Positions 51,753 to 61,537 of a DNA stretch of 64,000 bases are shown piece by piece. The notes under the pieces are model-generated. The model worked only from the letters and a program-made list of their open reading frames with translations, was not told where the DNA came from and did no database searches. The DNA comes from an uncultured Chloroflexia bacterium. Its GTDB lineage: Bacteria; Chloroflexota; Limnocylindria; Limnocylindrales; CSP1-4. The position numbers were made by a program, and so were the translations under genes. Position 1 is the first letter of the stretch. The number at the start of each line of letters is the position of its first letter. The stretch is taken from the NCBI GenBank assembly GCA_963720755.1, contig CAVRGP010000015.1, positions 128,001-192,000 on the forward strand, given 5' to 3'.

Positions 51753-52688
51753 ATGACCGAGCAATCGTCAGAGATCCATCCGGACGCCCCGATGGCACCG
51801 GAAGGCGCCTTCAGTGCGAACGGGTCCGAGCCTCGTGGCTCGGTCGACGAGCCGTCCTTCCTGGCCGATCTTGCCAAGGCGATGCAGACGACGGCCGCCG
51901 CGGAACGAGCGCGCGATGTCGAGGCGACGGGGCAGCGGCGGCAGGCGCATGTCGACGGCATCCGGGCCCGCGAAGCGCTCGAGGCCGAGGATCTGCGCGA
52001 GCTGGCCAAAGAGGACGTGAGCGGGATCGACGCGTGGTCGGATGGCGAGATCCGTCGGATCAAGCTCGAGCGTGAACGCCGCATCGCGACGCGGCGCGAG
52101 GAGCTCCAGACACGCCTCGAGGAGCACCGGCGCGTCGTCGGCCGTGAGATCGCAGCCGTCGAATCGGCCGTCGGCAGCTATCAGCAGGAGATGGATGCGT
52201 TCTTCTCCCGGCTCGAGAGCGAAACCGACCCGGTCGAGATCGCCCAGCAGGCCGGAGCGCGCCCGCGGTTCCCGGTCCTCGAGTTGATCGGACCCGAGGA
52301 CGCCCCGGAGGAGACAGACGCGGCTGATGCATCTGGCCAAAACGTGCCCGCGGCCACCGTCGACACACCTGACGCGACGGTCGACACCCCTGACACCGTC
52401 GGGGCCCCCACGCCGGACTCCGCCGAGGCTACGACCGACGGGTCGACCCAAGAGCAGTTGATCGGCGTGATGGGTCGCGGCCAGGACGCCGCCCCGGACG
52501 AGATTCAGCCACCAGTCGGACTCATCGGTGAACCATCGGAGGCGATCGAGTCAGTGGTGACGACGCCCGGGGCCGAAGCAACGATGGAACCCGGACGCGA
52601 GGCGCAGGTCGTGACGCCCCGAGTGGGCGCCGGTTCGTGGCTGCGCTGGCCGAACAAGCCCGAAGATCGTTCGGGTTCGAATCAGTAG
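51753..52688 (+). CDS. hypothetical coiled-coil protein with acidic disordered tail
   Basis: E/R/A-rich helical N-half; RBS ggag. Confidence 0.65.
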   Translation: MTEQSSEIHPDAPMAPEGAFSANGSEPRGSVDEPSFLADLAKAMQTTAAAERARDVEATGQRRQAHVDGIRAREALEAEDLRELAKEDVSGIDAWSDGEIRRIKLERERRIATRREELQTRLEEHRRVVGREIAAVESAVGSYQQEMDAFFSRLESETDPVEIAQQAGARPRFPVLELIGPEDAPEETDAADASGQNVPAATVDTPDATVDTPDTVGAPTPDSAEATTDGSTQEQLIGVMGRGQDAAPDEIQPPVGLIGEPSEAIESVVTTPGAEATMEPGREAQVVTPRVGAGSWLRWPNKPEDRSGSNQ

Positions 52689-52740
52689 GATCACCGCCCC
52701 AGGCGTCTCTCTCAGCCCTTCGACCCAGCCGGTCTCCGGC

Positions 52741-53403
52741 ATCCTGGGCCTGATCCCGGCGTACCAGGAGGGGCCGCGGATCGCGTCGGTGGTCGCCGGG
52801 GCACACAGCCATGTGCCGGTCGTCGTGGTCGATGACGGCTCGACCGACGACACGGCCGCGGAGGCCGAGGCCGCCGGCGCGCTGGTGATCGTCCAACGGC
52901 CCAATGCCGGCAAAGGCGCAGCGCTGCGGACCGGCTTCCGATACGCCATCGAGCAGGGCGCGGAGGCCGTCATCACGCTCGACGCCGACGGGCAGCATGA
53001 CCCCGCGGAGATCGCGAGGTTCCTGCTTGCCTTCGATGCCAGTCGACCGGAACTCATCGTCGGGCGCCGGGACTTCGGGGCGATGCCGCCGGTCCGGCGC
53101 CTGTCGAACACCTTGGGCGGTTGGGTGTTGTCGGCGGCGATCGGCCGACGCATCGCCGACAACCAGTCGGGCTATCGGCTGATCGGACGGGAACTCATGC
53201 GGGCACTCCTCGACAGCGAAGAGGACGGGTTCGAGTTCGAGGTCGAGATGATCGCCCGCTGCATCGCCCTGGGGCTGCCGATGACGGAGGTCCCGATCAG
53301 CACGATCTACGCTGGGGAACCGAGTCACATCCGGCCGTTCGCGCACCTGGGTAGCTTCGTCCGGGTCACCCGCGACGCGCGACGGATCGTCCGCGGCGGT
53401 TGA
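52741..53403 (+). CDS. GT2 (DPM1-like) glycosyltransferase; start codon unclear
   Basis: ILGLIPAYQE upstream of the ORF-track start, VDDGSTD, NAGKG, DADGQH, DNQSGYR. Confidence 0.88.
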   Translation: MLGLIPAYQEGPRIASVVAGAHSHVPVVVVDDGSTDDTAAEAEAAGALVIVQRPNAGKGAALRTGFRYAIEQGAEAVITLDADGQHDPAEIARFLLAFDASRPELIVGRRDFGAMPPVRRLSNTLGGWVLSAAIGRRIADNQSGYRLIGRELMRALLDSEEDGFEFEVEMIARCIALGLPMTEVPISTIYAGEPSHIRPFAHLGSFVRVTRDARRIVRGG

Positions 53404-53587
53404 CCGGAGCCGGGGCCGGGCACCGCTCATCGGTCGTGCTGGTACTGGCGGGCTTACCAAAGTACGGCTTGGCGCAGGCCACCCCGCACTCCTACGCTCT
53501 GCTGCACAGCAAGCCGGACTCTACCCCTGACCACAGGACAGGCCCGGACCTGCCGAACAGACCGTGCAACAGCGAGGCAATGACCAC

Positions 53588-53782
53588 ATGGCTTCGATGG
53601 CCGTCAACGAACTTGGACCGATGCTCACCGCCACCGAAGTGGCCGAAATGCTTCACCTGCACGTCAACACGGTGAAGCGGCTCGGCGACCGCGGAGAGCT
53701 GCCGTTCTACCGGGTATGCAAGCGTGGCGATCGTCGGTTTCGACTCGACGATGTCATGAAGTTCCTGTCCCAGAACCGCTAG
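53588..53782 (+). CDS. small HTH_17/MerR-like (BldC/excisionase-type) DNA-binding protein
   Basis: LTATEVAEMLHLHVNTVKRL...GEL...RGDRRF. Confidence 0.85.
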   Translation: MASMAVNELGPMLTATEVAEMLHLHVNTVKRLGDRGELPFYRVCKRGDRRFRLDDVMKFLSQNR

Positions 53783-53818
53783 TCGGCCCAGCCGCGACCG
53801 CTCGGCCGTCCCACGGCT

Positions 53819-55096
53819 TCAGCCGCGCGGGATACCGGCCAGCGTCTCTCCGAAGATCTCGATCGCCTCGGCGATCTCCGCCCCGTTGACGTCGAGCGGC
53901 GGGATCCAGCGCACGACTTCGTGCTGGCGACCGCAGGTCAAGACCAGCAACCCGGCCTCGGCGCAGTCCGCCATCAACCGGTCCGGCGTTCCGCCATCCG
54001 CGCTGCCCGTCGACGGGTCCCTGAACTCGACCCCGACCATGAGGCCCAGCCCGCGGATGTCCCCGATCCGATCATCCTCCGCGGCGATCTTGCCAAGTCC
54101 GGCCACCAGTTCAGCCCCACGTTCGACCGCGTTGTCGATCAACCGCTCCTCCCGGATCGTCTCGAGTACGGCCAGGCCGGCCGCGCAGGCGACCGGGTTG
54201 CCTCCATACGTCGACCCGTGGGCGCCGCGACCCCATCGCTCCTGGAGCGCCCGGCTCGAGACGATCGCGGACAGTGGCAGCCCGTTGGCGATGGCCTTGG
54301 CCACACACACGACGTCGGGCACGATCCCGGCATGCTCGAAGGCCCACATCCGGCCGGTCCGTCCGAAGCCCGACTGGACCTCGTCGGCGATGAGCAGGAT
54401 CCCGTGGTCATCGGCTATGGCCCGCAGACCGCGCAGGAACGAGGCTGGGGCCGGGTTGTAGCCGCCCTCGCCCATGACCGGCTCGATGACGATCGCTCCG
54501 ACCTTGTCGGGTGCGATGATCGACCCCAGGAGCGACTGGAGTCGAGCGAGGCCGGCGCTCGAGGCTGCCTCCTCATCACCCTCGAATTCGGGATACGCGG
54601 CCGGGTAGGCCGAGAAGTAGACACTCGGCAAGAGCGGTTCGTAGCCAGTCCGATAGTTGAGGTTCGAGGTCGTCACGCTCGTCGCCCCGAACGTCCGGCC
54701 GTGGAAGCCGCCGCGGAACGCGATGATCCCCGGCCGGCCCGTCACCCGTCGCGCCAGCTTGAGCGCGCCGTCGATGGCCTCCGACCCGGAGTTCAGGAAC
54801 ATGACCGAGTCGAGCGGGTCGGGGAAGGTCGCGGCCAATGCCTCCGCCAGCGCGGACACCGGCGCAGTGAAGCCGATCGCGCTGATCGGACCGATGAGCC
54901 GATCGACCTGGGCATGGATCGCGGCGGTGACCCGCGGATGCACGTGCCCGAGCGCCGTCACGGCGATCCCGTTCGCGAAGTCCAGGTAGGCCCGCCCGTC
55001 CGTGTCGTACAGCCGGTGCCCCTCCCCGTGGCTCCAGGTCCGCTCGAAGTAGCGGCCGAGGACCGGCGTCAGATTCTGGGTGGGGTCGGAGGTCAT
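53819..55096 (-). CDS. gabT: class III PLP aminotransferase (4-aminobutyrate aminotransferase-like)
   Basis: NSGSEA, FHGRT, EPVMGEGG, DEVQSGFGRTG, AKAIANG, STYGGNP. Confidence 0.8.
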   Translation of the reverse strand: MTSDPTQNLTPVLGRYFERTWSHGEGHRLYDTDGRAYLDFANGIAVTALGHVHPRVTAAIHAQVDRLIGPISAIGFTAPVSALAEALAATFPDPLDSVMFLNSGSEAIDGALKLARRVTGRPGIIAFRGGFHGRTFGATSVTTSNLNYRTGYEPLLPSVYFSAYPAAYPEFEGDEEAASSAGLARLQSLLGSIIAPDKVGAIVIEPVMGEGGYNPAPASFLRGLRAIADDHGILLIADEVQSGFGRTGRMWAFEHAGIVPDVVCVAKAIANGLPLSAIVSSRALQERWGRGAHGSTYGGNPVACAAGLAVLETIREERLIDNAVERGAELVAGLGKIAAEDDRIGDIRGLGLMVGVEFRDPSTGSADGGTPDRLMADCAEAGLLVLTCGRQHEVVRWIPPLDVNGAEIAEAIEIFGETLAGIPRG

Positions 55097-55213
55097 GGGC
55101 GGCTGGCTCCTCGGTTCCGATGGTCGCCGGGTCGGTCGAGTATACGAGGGCCGGGCGCCGGATCCCGGGGCGCTCGGACGGCACGCTCGGCCGCGGCCGC
55201 GTAGGATGCGGCT

Positions 55214-56422
55214 ATGGTCGATTTCACCCTGAGCGACGAGAACCGGCTCGTCCAGCAAAGTGTCCGGGCCTTCGCCGAGGCCGAGATCCTGCCGCATATC
55301 CGCGAGTGGGATGCGAATGGCGAGGTCCACCGCGAAGTCTTCGACCGGATGGCCGGGCTCGGCTTCCTGGGGGCCCCCATCCCCGAGGTCTACGGCGGTG
55401 CGGGGATGGACTACCTGAGTTTCGCGATCCTGTGCGAGGAGCTGGAACGCGCGGACACGTCCTTCCGGGTCGTCCAGAGCGTCCACGTGGGCCTGAACTC
55501 GCTCGCCCTGCTCCAGTGGGGGACCGAGGAGCAGCGACAGCGATGGCTGGTCCCGCAGGCCCGCGGTGAGAAGCTCGCGACCTTCGCCCTGACCGAGCCC
55601 GGTGTCGGGACCGATGCGGGCAATCTCGCCACCACCGCCCGACGCGATGGCGCGGCCTATCGCCTCAACGGCCAGAAGATGTGGATCAGCCTGGCCGACC
55701 TTGCCGATCACTTCCTGGTCTTTGCGTCGGTCGATCGGTCGAAGCGGCACAAGGGCGTCACCGCGTTCATGCTCGAACGTGGCATGGCCGGCCTCAGCAC
55801 CGGGACGCTCCACGGGAAGCTCGGGATCCGGGCCGGCAACACCGGCGTGATCAACCTTGACGACGTCCCGGTCCCGGTCGAGAACCGGGTCGGAGAAGAG
55901 GGCGAGGGCTTCCTCATCGCGATGAGCGCGATCGACCAGGGCCGCTTCACCGTGGCCGCCGGAGCAGTCGGACTCGCCCAGGCCTGTGTCGATGCGTCGG
56001 TCCGCTATGCCCACGAGCGCCAGACCTTCGGCCAGGAGATCGGTGAGCACCAACTGGTCAAGCAGTTGATCGCAACGATGGTGGCCGGCACCGAGACCGG
56101 CCGGCTGCTGGTCTGGCGGGCTGCCTGGCTCAAGAACCAGGGCCTGCGCAACACACGTGAGACGAGCCTCGCCAAATGGCACGCGACGGAACACGCGGTC
56201 AAGGCGGCTCTCGACGCGATCCAGATCCACGGCGCCAACGGATATTCGAACGAGTTCCCGGTCGAGCGCTACCTGCGCAACTCGAAGGCCGCGGTCATCT
56301 ACGAGGGGACGAGCCAGCTCCACACGTTGATCCAGGCCGACTATGCCCTCGGCTATCGCGAGGACCGGCCGCTTCGGTGCGAGCCGTGGCCGGCCCAGGG
56401 CTGGCAGAGGCCGGGCGGATGA
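55214..56422 (+). CDS. acyl-CoA dehydrogenase
   Basis: FALTEPGVGTD, GQKMWI, RQTFG, QIHGANG, IYEGT. Confidence 0.93.
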   Translation: MVDFTLSDENRLVQQSVRAFAEAEILPHIREWDANGEVHREVFDRMAGLGFLGAPIPEVYGGAGMDYLSFAILCEELERADTSFRVVQSVHVGLNSLALLQWGTEEQRQRWLVPQARGEKLATFALTEPGVGTDAGNLATTARRDGAAYRLNGQKMWISLADLADHFLVFASVDRSKRHKGVTAFMLERGMAGLSTGTLHGKLGIRAGNTGVINLDDVPVPVENRVGEEGEGFLIAMSAIDQGRFTVAAGAVGLAQACVDASVRYAHERQTFGQEIGEHQLVKQLIATMVAGTETGRLLVWRAAWLKNQGLRNTRETSLAKWHATEHAVKAALDAIQIHGANGYSNEFPVERYLRNSKAAVIYEGTSQLHTLIQADYALGYREDRPLRCEPWPAQGWQRPGG

Positions 56423-56628
56423 ACGCGCTCGGACGGTTCGCGCTCGGCGCGGTCACACTCGCCCTCGTCGGTGCCGCGCTGTTCGGCGTCTGGCACGTCG
56501 TCGTCGGCGGGTTCATCAACGGCAATCCGCGTGCCGGGTCGTTCGGTCTTGGCCTGGCGCTGGTCGCGGGTATCATGTTGCTGGTGGGCTCGCGGCTGGT
56601 TCGTCGACGGCGATCGCCAGCGGCCTGA
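56419..56628 (+). CDS. small two-TM membrane protein
   Basis: ATGA overlap with the upstream gene; two hydrophobic helices and basic tail. Confidence 0.6.
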   Translation: MNALGRFALGAVTLALVGAALFGVWHVVVGGFINGNPRAGSFGLGLALVAGIMLLVGSRLVRRRRSPAA

Positions 56629-57610
56629 GCGGCGCCGCTTCGTCCGGCCCGATCGGTTCGGCCGCCACCGCCGCGGTCGCGGTGCGGGTCCGTCCGCGCG
56701 ACGTGATGATCAGGGCGACGGCGGCGATGATCACGGCACCGGCAAGTGCGGTCCGGGCGTCGATCGCCTCACCGAGCACGACCGAGCCGAGGATCACCGC
56801 CACGACCGGGTTCACATAGGCATAGGTCGATACCAGCGGGAGCGGCGCGACCCGCAGCAGCCAGCCGTAGGTCGTGAAGGCTAGAAGACTGCCGATGACC
56901 GTCAGGTACAGGAGCGCGGCGAGCGACGCCTGGCTGACCGTGGCAGGGTCGAATGTCTGGAGCTCGCCGGTGGCGACGGCCATCGTCGCGAGAACGGCCG
57001 CTCCCAGGACCATCTGCAGGCCGGTGGCGACGAGAGGGCGCGACGGCAGGACCGCGAGGCGTGCCGCGAACAGCGATCCGGACGACCAGGCGATCGGCGA
57101 GAAGATGACGGCGACGATCCCGATGGGGTCGAGCGCCCCATCGCCACCTACGGCCGAGGGGCCGACCAGGATCGCCACGCCCGCGAAGCCGACGACGATG
57201 CCGAAGACCGCCAGTCGCGGCAGCCGGTCACCGAGGAAGATCCCGCCGAGGACGGCTACCCAAACCGGCATCATCGCCACCATCAGCGCCGTGATCCCCG
57301 ATGGCACCGTCTGCTCCGCGAAGGCGACCATGCCCATGCCCCCACCGAGCAGGAGCGCCCCGACGACGGCGCTGTCGCGCCACTCCCGCCGGGTCGGGAC
57401 CTGGAACGACCGCCGATCGCGAGCGACCGACCAGAGCAGCAGGATGATGCCAGCCGTGAAGAACCGCACCGCGGCCATCAGGAAGGGCGGGATGGAATCG
57501 ACCGCGATCGAGATACCGAGGTAGGTCGAACCCCAGACCAGGTACAGGACGAGCATCGCGGCCGCGATCGAGGAGCGAGCCGGGGCTTCCGGCCGGGTAC
57601 TTGTTGGCAT
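56573..57610 (-). CDS. EamA/DMT family transporter (YedA-like)
   Basis: YLVWGSTY, AEQTVPSG, YAYVNPVVAV; about 10 TM segments. Confidence 0.9.
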   Translation of the reverse strand: MPTSTRPEAPARSSIAAAMLVLYLVWGSTYLGISIAVDSIPPFLMAAVRFFTAGIILLLWSVARDRRSFQVPTRREWRDSAVVGALLLGGGMGMVAFAEQTVPSGITALMVAMMPVWVAVLGGIFLGDRLPRLAVFGIVVGFAGVAILVGPSAVGGDGALDPIGIVAVIFSPIAWSSGSLFAARLAVLPSRPLVATGLQMVLGAAVLATMAVATGELQTFDPATVSQASLAALLYLTVIGSLLAFTTYGWLLRVAPLPLVSTYAYVNPVVAVILGSVVLGEAIDARTALAGAVIIAAVALIITSRGRTRTATAAVAAEPIGPDEAAPLRPLAIAVDEPAASPPAT

Positions 57611-57680
57611 AGCCTGATGGTCCAAGGCGGGAGTGTAGGCTGGGGACGGTGCGCTGTCCAGCGTGGTCTGAGCGGCCCGG

Positions 57681-58475
57681 TCAGGCAGCGATCGCGCCCG
57701 AATCCGGCCGGCAGGCGTGACACGGTCGATAGCCCGCGACGGTGGCCTGACCGAGCGACCGGAACGGCACCCGATGACCGTGCGTGATCCTTCTGGCGGC
57801 ATGGCAGCTCGGCAGGCACACGATGTGGGTCGTGTCGGAGCCGATGTACCGGACGCCGATCCGGGCGTCGGCCTCGAGAGCGGCCGGGTCGAGGCCCTCC
57901 GAGCTCAGGATCGTCCGCTTGTTGGCCGGTCCGCCCAGCGAGTACTGACCGATCGTGCCGTCGGCCCGGACGACCCGATGGCATGGCACGATGAGCGGGA
58001 CCGGGTTGTGGCCAAGGGCCGTCCCCACGGCCCGCACCGCCCGTGGTCGACCGATCTCGGCGGCGACCCAGCCGTACGGCCGGACTTCGCCTCGCGGGAT
58101 CTCCAGCGCCTTGTGCCAGACGTCACGCTCGAACGACGTGTGGCCGCGCAGGTCGAGGTCGATCCGGACCCGTCGATCGCCACCAAGGCGACGGGTGATG
58201 GCCTCGCCGAGGGGTCCCGGTACCCGGTCGACGGGCGATGCGTGCCGGCCGGTCATCGCGCGATGGGACGCCTCGAAGGTCGCATCGGCTGCATCGTCAG
58301 CGACCGACGACACCCCGATCCCGTTCCAGGCCACGATCAGCGTCCCGACCGGTGAGTCGAAGCGAGCGTATCGATCGGCCAGACCGACCTGGGTCATGAC
58401 CTCGGGCAGCAGGCTCGGCGGTGCGCCGGTCCGAAGGCCGGTCAACGCTGACTCGAGTTCGCGATCGGTGGTCAT
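57681..58475 (-). CDS. ogt: methylated-DNA-protein-cysteine methyltransferase with C-terminal Ada-type Zn domain
   Basis: IPRGEVRPYG, RAVGTA, NPVPLIVPCHRV; C-terminal TTHIVCLPSC...GYRPCHACRP. Confidence 0.88.
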   Translation of the reverse strand: MTTDRELESALTGLRTGAPPSLLPEVMTQVGLADRYARFDSPVGTLIVAWNGIGVSSVADDAADATFEASHRAMTGRHASPVDRVPGPLGEAITRRLGGDRRVRIDLDLRGHTSFERDVWHKALEIPRGEVRPYGWVAAEIGRPRAVRAVGTALGHNPVPLIVPCHRVVRADGTIGQYSLGGPANKRTILSSEGLDPAALEADARIGVRYIGSDTTHIVCLPSCHAARRITHGHRVPFRSLGQATVAGYRPCHACRPDSGAIAA

Positions 58476-59071
58476 GCGGTCATCTCCTTGCGCTCGCGCG
58501 CCTCCGCTTCGTCGAATGCGATCCGCAGCCTCGCCAGGCCGCGATGGACCTGCGCCTTCACGGTCCCTTCGGGTCGGTCCAGCGCGGCGGCGAGCTCCGA
58601 GTACGACAGCCCGTCCACGTGGCGCAGGACCACGGCACTTCGGTAGCTCGGCGGGAGGGTCAGCAGGAGGCTGGCCCAATGGGCCGCGCTGTCGCGGGAG
58701 GTCACGGTGTCGAGGGGCCCGTGCGCCTCGTCCGATCTCGGTTCGAGGTCGACCGGGAGCCCGGCATCGAGGGACAGGGGCCGACGAGCCACGTTCCGGC
58801 GGGCCAGTCTCGAACGACACAGATTGAGGACGATCGTCGCCAGCCATGGGCGCAGGCGGAGAGCCCTGATGCGAGCCTTGTCATAGCCGACCAGCGCCCG
58901 ATACGCCCGGACGAACGCGTCCTGGGCAGCTTCTTCGGCGTCGCCGGGGTCGCCGAGCATCCGGTGCGCGATCGAGTAGAGCCGGTCCTGGTGGGCGACG
59001 ACGAGCGACGCGAACGAGCCGTCCAGGTCGTCGGCGAGGGCGGTGACCAGCGAGTCGTCTGTGTCCATCAT
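58472..59071 (-). CDS. ECF RNA polymerase sigma factor
   Basis: Region 2 DAEEAAQDAFVRAY..PWLATIVLNLCR; region 4 GLSYSELA..PEGTVKAQVHRG. Confidence 0.93.
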   Translation of the reverse strand: MMDTDDSLVTALADDLDGSFASLVVAHQDRLYSIAHRMLGDPGDAEEAAQDAFVRAYRALVGYDKARIRALRLRPWLATIVLNLCRSRLARRNVARRPLSLDAGLPVDLEPRSDEAHGPLDTVTSRDSAAHWASLLLTLPPSYRSAVVLRHVDGLSYSELAAALDRPEGTVKAQVHRGLARLRIAFDEAEARERKEMTA

Positions 59072-59078
59072 CCCCTAG

Positions 59079-59104
59079 AACCCTGAAGCGGCGCCCACCG
59101 TTGC
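59079..59104 (-). promoter_or_regulatory. putative ECF-type autoregulatory promoter
   Basis: GCAAC-17 nt-GGTT, 7 nt before the ATG. Confidence 0.45.
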
Positions 59105-59170
59105 ACGCGACCCACACGGTACCCGGCCGCCATCATCGTTCGCGGTCGCGCGTGCGACAATCGGCCGACC

Positions 59171-60181
59171 ATGGCCCTCGACGATCAATTCGATGACCTG
59201 ATCGCGAGCCTCGGCGGGTTCCACCGCTCGTGGCTGATCTATGTCGGGATCGAACTCGGTCTGTTCGCGCGCCTCCGATCGGCCGGGCCGGGTGGCCTGA
59301 CCATCGGTGAGTTGGCGGCAGAGACGGGATGCCGGCCCGACGCGATCGAGACCTGGGCGTGGGGCGTCGACGCCCACGACCTGGCCACGCTCGATGGGGA
59401 CCGCCTGGTCGCCGATCACGACGTCGCAGCGATCCTGCTGGACGAGACCCGGCCCGAGTACCTCGGCGGACAATTCGTCCATGCGACGGTCGCCTCGCTC
59501 GATTGGGGAGGGATGGCCGAGTTCTTTCGGTCCGGCACCCCGGTCAGTGGCCGTCCCGACCGCTATCGCGCCGCGATCGAGCGGCTGACCGCGCAGGACA
59601 TCGCCGTCTTCTTCCAGGAGGCACTCGCCGCGATCCCGCAACTGGTCGCCGATCTGATCGGTGGCGGGCGGGTCGTGGATGTCCACTGTGGCGGCGGCCG
59701 CTGGCTGATCGCGATGGCCAAGCAATTCCCTGCGCTGGAGCTCGTCGGCGTTGAGTTCGAAGCGGACTCCGTCGTCCGTGCGCGAGCGAATGTGGCGGCC
59801 GCCGGGCTGGCGGAGCGGATCACGATCCGTGAGGCGGGCGCGACGGAGCCGGGAAGCGTCGGCGAGTACGATCTCGCGTACTTCCAGTACGCCCTCCATC
59901 AGCTTCCAGACGCTCCGGCCGTCCTGCGCGCGGCGTGGGCCGCCCTTCGACCTGGCGGTCGGCTCGTCGTCCTCGACTGGCCTCTGCCCTCCGCGCGGGA
60001 CGAATTCCGAACGCGGCACGGTGAACTGATCGCCGGCGTGCAGCTCGACGAGTTGTACCAGGGGACCGCCCTGGTGACCCGAGAGCAGTTCCGGGGCTGG
60101 TTCGCCGAGGCCGATCTGCCGGACCCGATCCTGATCGATCTCCCGTCGGGTGCGTCGCTCTTCCTGGCCGAACGACCCTGA
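59171..60181 (+). CDS. class I SAM-dependent methyltransferase with N-terminal wHTH
   Basis: GIELGLF, VVDVHCGGG, YDLAY, LH, LRPGG. Confidence 0.85.
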   Translation: MALDDQFDDLIASLGGFHRSWLIYVGIELGLFARLRSAGPGGLTIGELAAETGCRPDAIETWAWGVDAHDLATLDGDRLVADHDVAAILLDETRPEYLGGQFVHATVASLDWGGMAEFFRSGTPVSGRPDRYRAAIERLTAQDIAVFFQEALAAIPQLVADLIGGGRVVDVHCGGGRWLIAMAKQFPALELVGVEFEADSVVRARANVAAAGLAERITIREAGATEPGSVGEYDLAYFQYALHQLPDAPAVLRAAWAALRPGGRLVVLDWPLPSARDEFRTRHGELIAGVQLDELYQGTALVTREQFRGWFAEADLPDPILIDLPSGASLFLAERP

Positions 60182-60240
60182 CGACGGACGGACCGGGCGC
60201 GCGCCACGGCAGTGGTGTTGCCAGGATCGATGCGGGCACC

Positions 60241-61044
60241 ATGCGTCGACTGCTCATCCACGAGGCTCGGGTCCATGCCGTCCCGGACCGAACGCTCGAA
60301 GATCTCGGCGATGGTCTGTTGTTGACCGATCCCGACGAGCCTGAGCCGTTCTGGAACCGGCTCGAATGCGTCCGCTGGCCGGCAGACCCGTCGGCATTCG
60401 ACCGGCGCCTCACGGAGATGCTCGTCCGATTCGCCGGGCTCGGACGGCGGGCCCATATCTGGGCGTCGCCCCTGCACGACAGCCCGACCGACCTCGTGGC
60501 TCGGTTGTTCGCGAACGGCTTCCGCGACATGGGGTCCGGGAATCTCATGCTGCTCGTCGACCCGGGTCCGGCCGACCGCGCGTCCGCGTCGCCACTCGCG
60601 TCCGGACTCACCATCGAGCGGCTATCGCGACTGACCGGTCCTGTTGCCCGGCAGGCTGCGGCCGATGTCGTCCGGGTCCTGCTCGACGCGTTCGAGGTCG
60701 ATCCGGGGCGTTCGCCGTCGCTCGCACAGGAGACGGAGGTATCGCTCAGCCACCCGTGGTTCACCCATTACCTCGCTCGGATCGACGGCGTCCCGGCCGC
60801 GGTCGTGCGGCGTGCGACGTTCGACCAGGCGAGCTACCTGTCCTCGATCGGGACCGCGTCATGGGCGCGCGGTCGTGGCCTGGGAGGGCTGGTCACCCGG
60901 ATCGCGAGCCATGACGCGATCCGCGCCGGCTCGCGCTGGACGCATCTCGGCGTCTTCGAGGAGAACCTCGTCGCGATCCACGTCTATGAACGATCCGGGT
61001 TCGAACGGATCGGGACACCGGCACCGGATCTGGTCCTGATCTGA
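60241..61044 (+). CDS. GNAT family N-acetyltransferase
   Basis: IGT...ARGRGLG, N..A..VYERSGF. Confidence 0.85.
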   Translation: MRRLLIHEARVHAVPDRTLEDLGDGLLLTDPDEPEPFWNRLECVRWPADPSAFDRRLTEMLVRFAGLGRRAHIWASPLHDSPTDLVARLFANGFRDMGSGNLMLLVDPGPADRASASPLASGLTIERLSRLTGPVARQAAADVVRVLLDAFEVDPGRSPSLAQETEVSLSHPWFTHYLARIDGVPAAVVRRATFDQASYLSSIGTASWARGRGLGGLVTRIASHDAIRAGSRWTHLGVFEENLVAIHVYERSGFERIGTPAPDLVLI

Positions 61045-61045
61045 G

Positions 61046-61537
61046 GTGAGCGAGGACGCTCGACGCATCCTGGAGGAGGCCCGTCGACGGGCGGTCGAGA
61101 TGCGCCCGACCGCTGGAGGCGGAACCCAATTGGACGCGAGTGGATCGCCACTGCTGGCGCTTGGCTGGGCGACGGTCGAGCTCGAGCGCGCCGCGTCCGA
61201 ACTCGGGACCGACCTGCGTCTGCCGGCCGGTTCGTTCGCCGATGCGGAGGGATCGACCGCGCTCGGTGCCAGATGCTGGATCGCACCCGGAGCCCTGAAC
61301 GAGGGCGTGACGCTGATCCTTCTCGAGCCATCGACCGAAGGTCGCCTCGCGGCCCGGCTTGCCCGGTTCGGTGAAGGCGTGGCGGCCGCCTGGTATGCCG
61401 CTGGCGACGAGTCGCGTGGCGGCCGTGGGCTGCCCGGACGCGGGCCGCTCGGGCCGGAGTGGCGGATCCTGGATGCACCGACAGCCAGCCTGCTCCGCTT
61501 CCTCGTCGCGCCCGAGCCGGGTACCATCGCGCGATGA
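61046..61537 (+). CDS. hypothetical protein (degenerate VOC/glyoxalase-like)
   Basis: ATVELERA, LLEP...LAARLARFGEG resemble VOC/methylmalonyl-CoA epimerase fold motifs. Confidence 0.55.
   Translation: MSEDARRILEEARRRAVEMRPTAGGGTQLDASGSPLLALGWATVELERAASELGTDLRLPAGSFADAEGSTALGARCWIAPGALNEGVTLILLEPSTEGRLAARLARFGEGVAAAWYAAGDESRGGRGLPGRGPLGPEWRILDAPTASLLRFLVAPEPGTIAR

Noticed and set aside
53564-53782. Prophage excisionase marking a prophage
   Set aside because: No integrase, att site or phage genes nearby
55097-56323. 834-aa N-terminally extended aminotransferase and other long antisense ORFs (e.g. 20561..22846, 29222..31204, 34986..36638)
   Set aside because: Shadow ORFs opposite well-supported genes, as expected from high-GC codon bias
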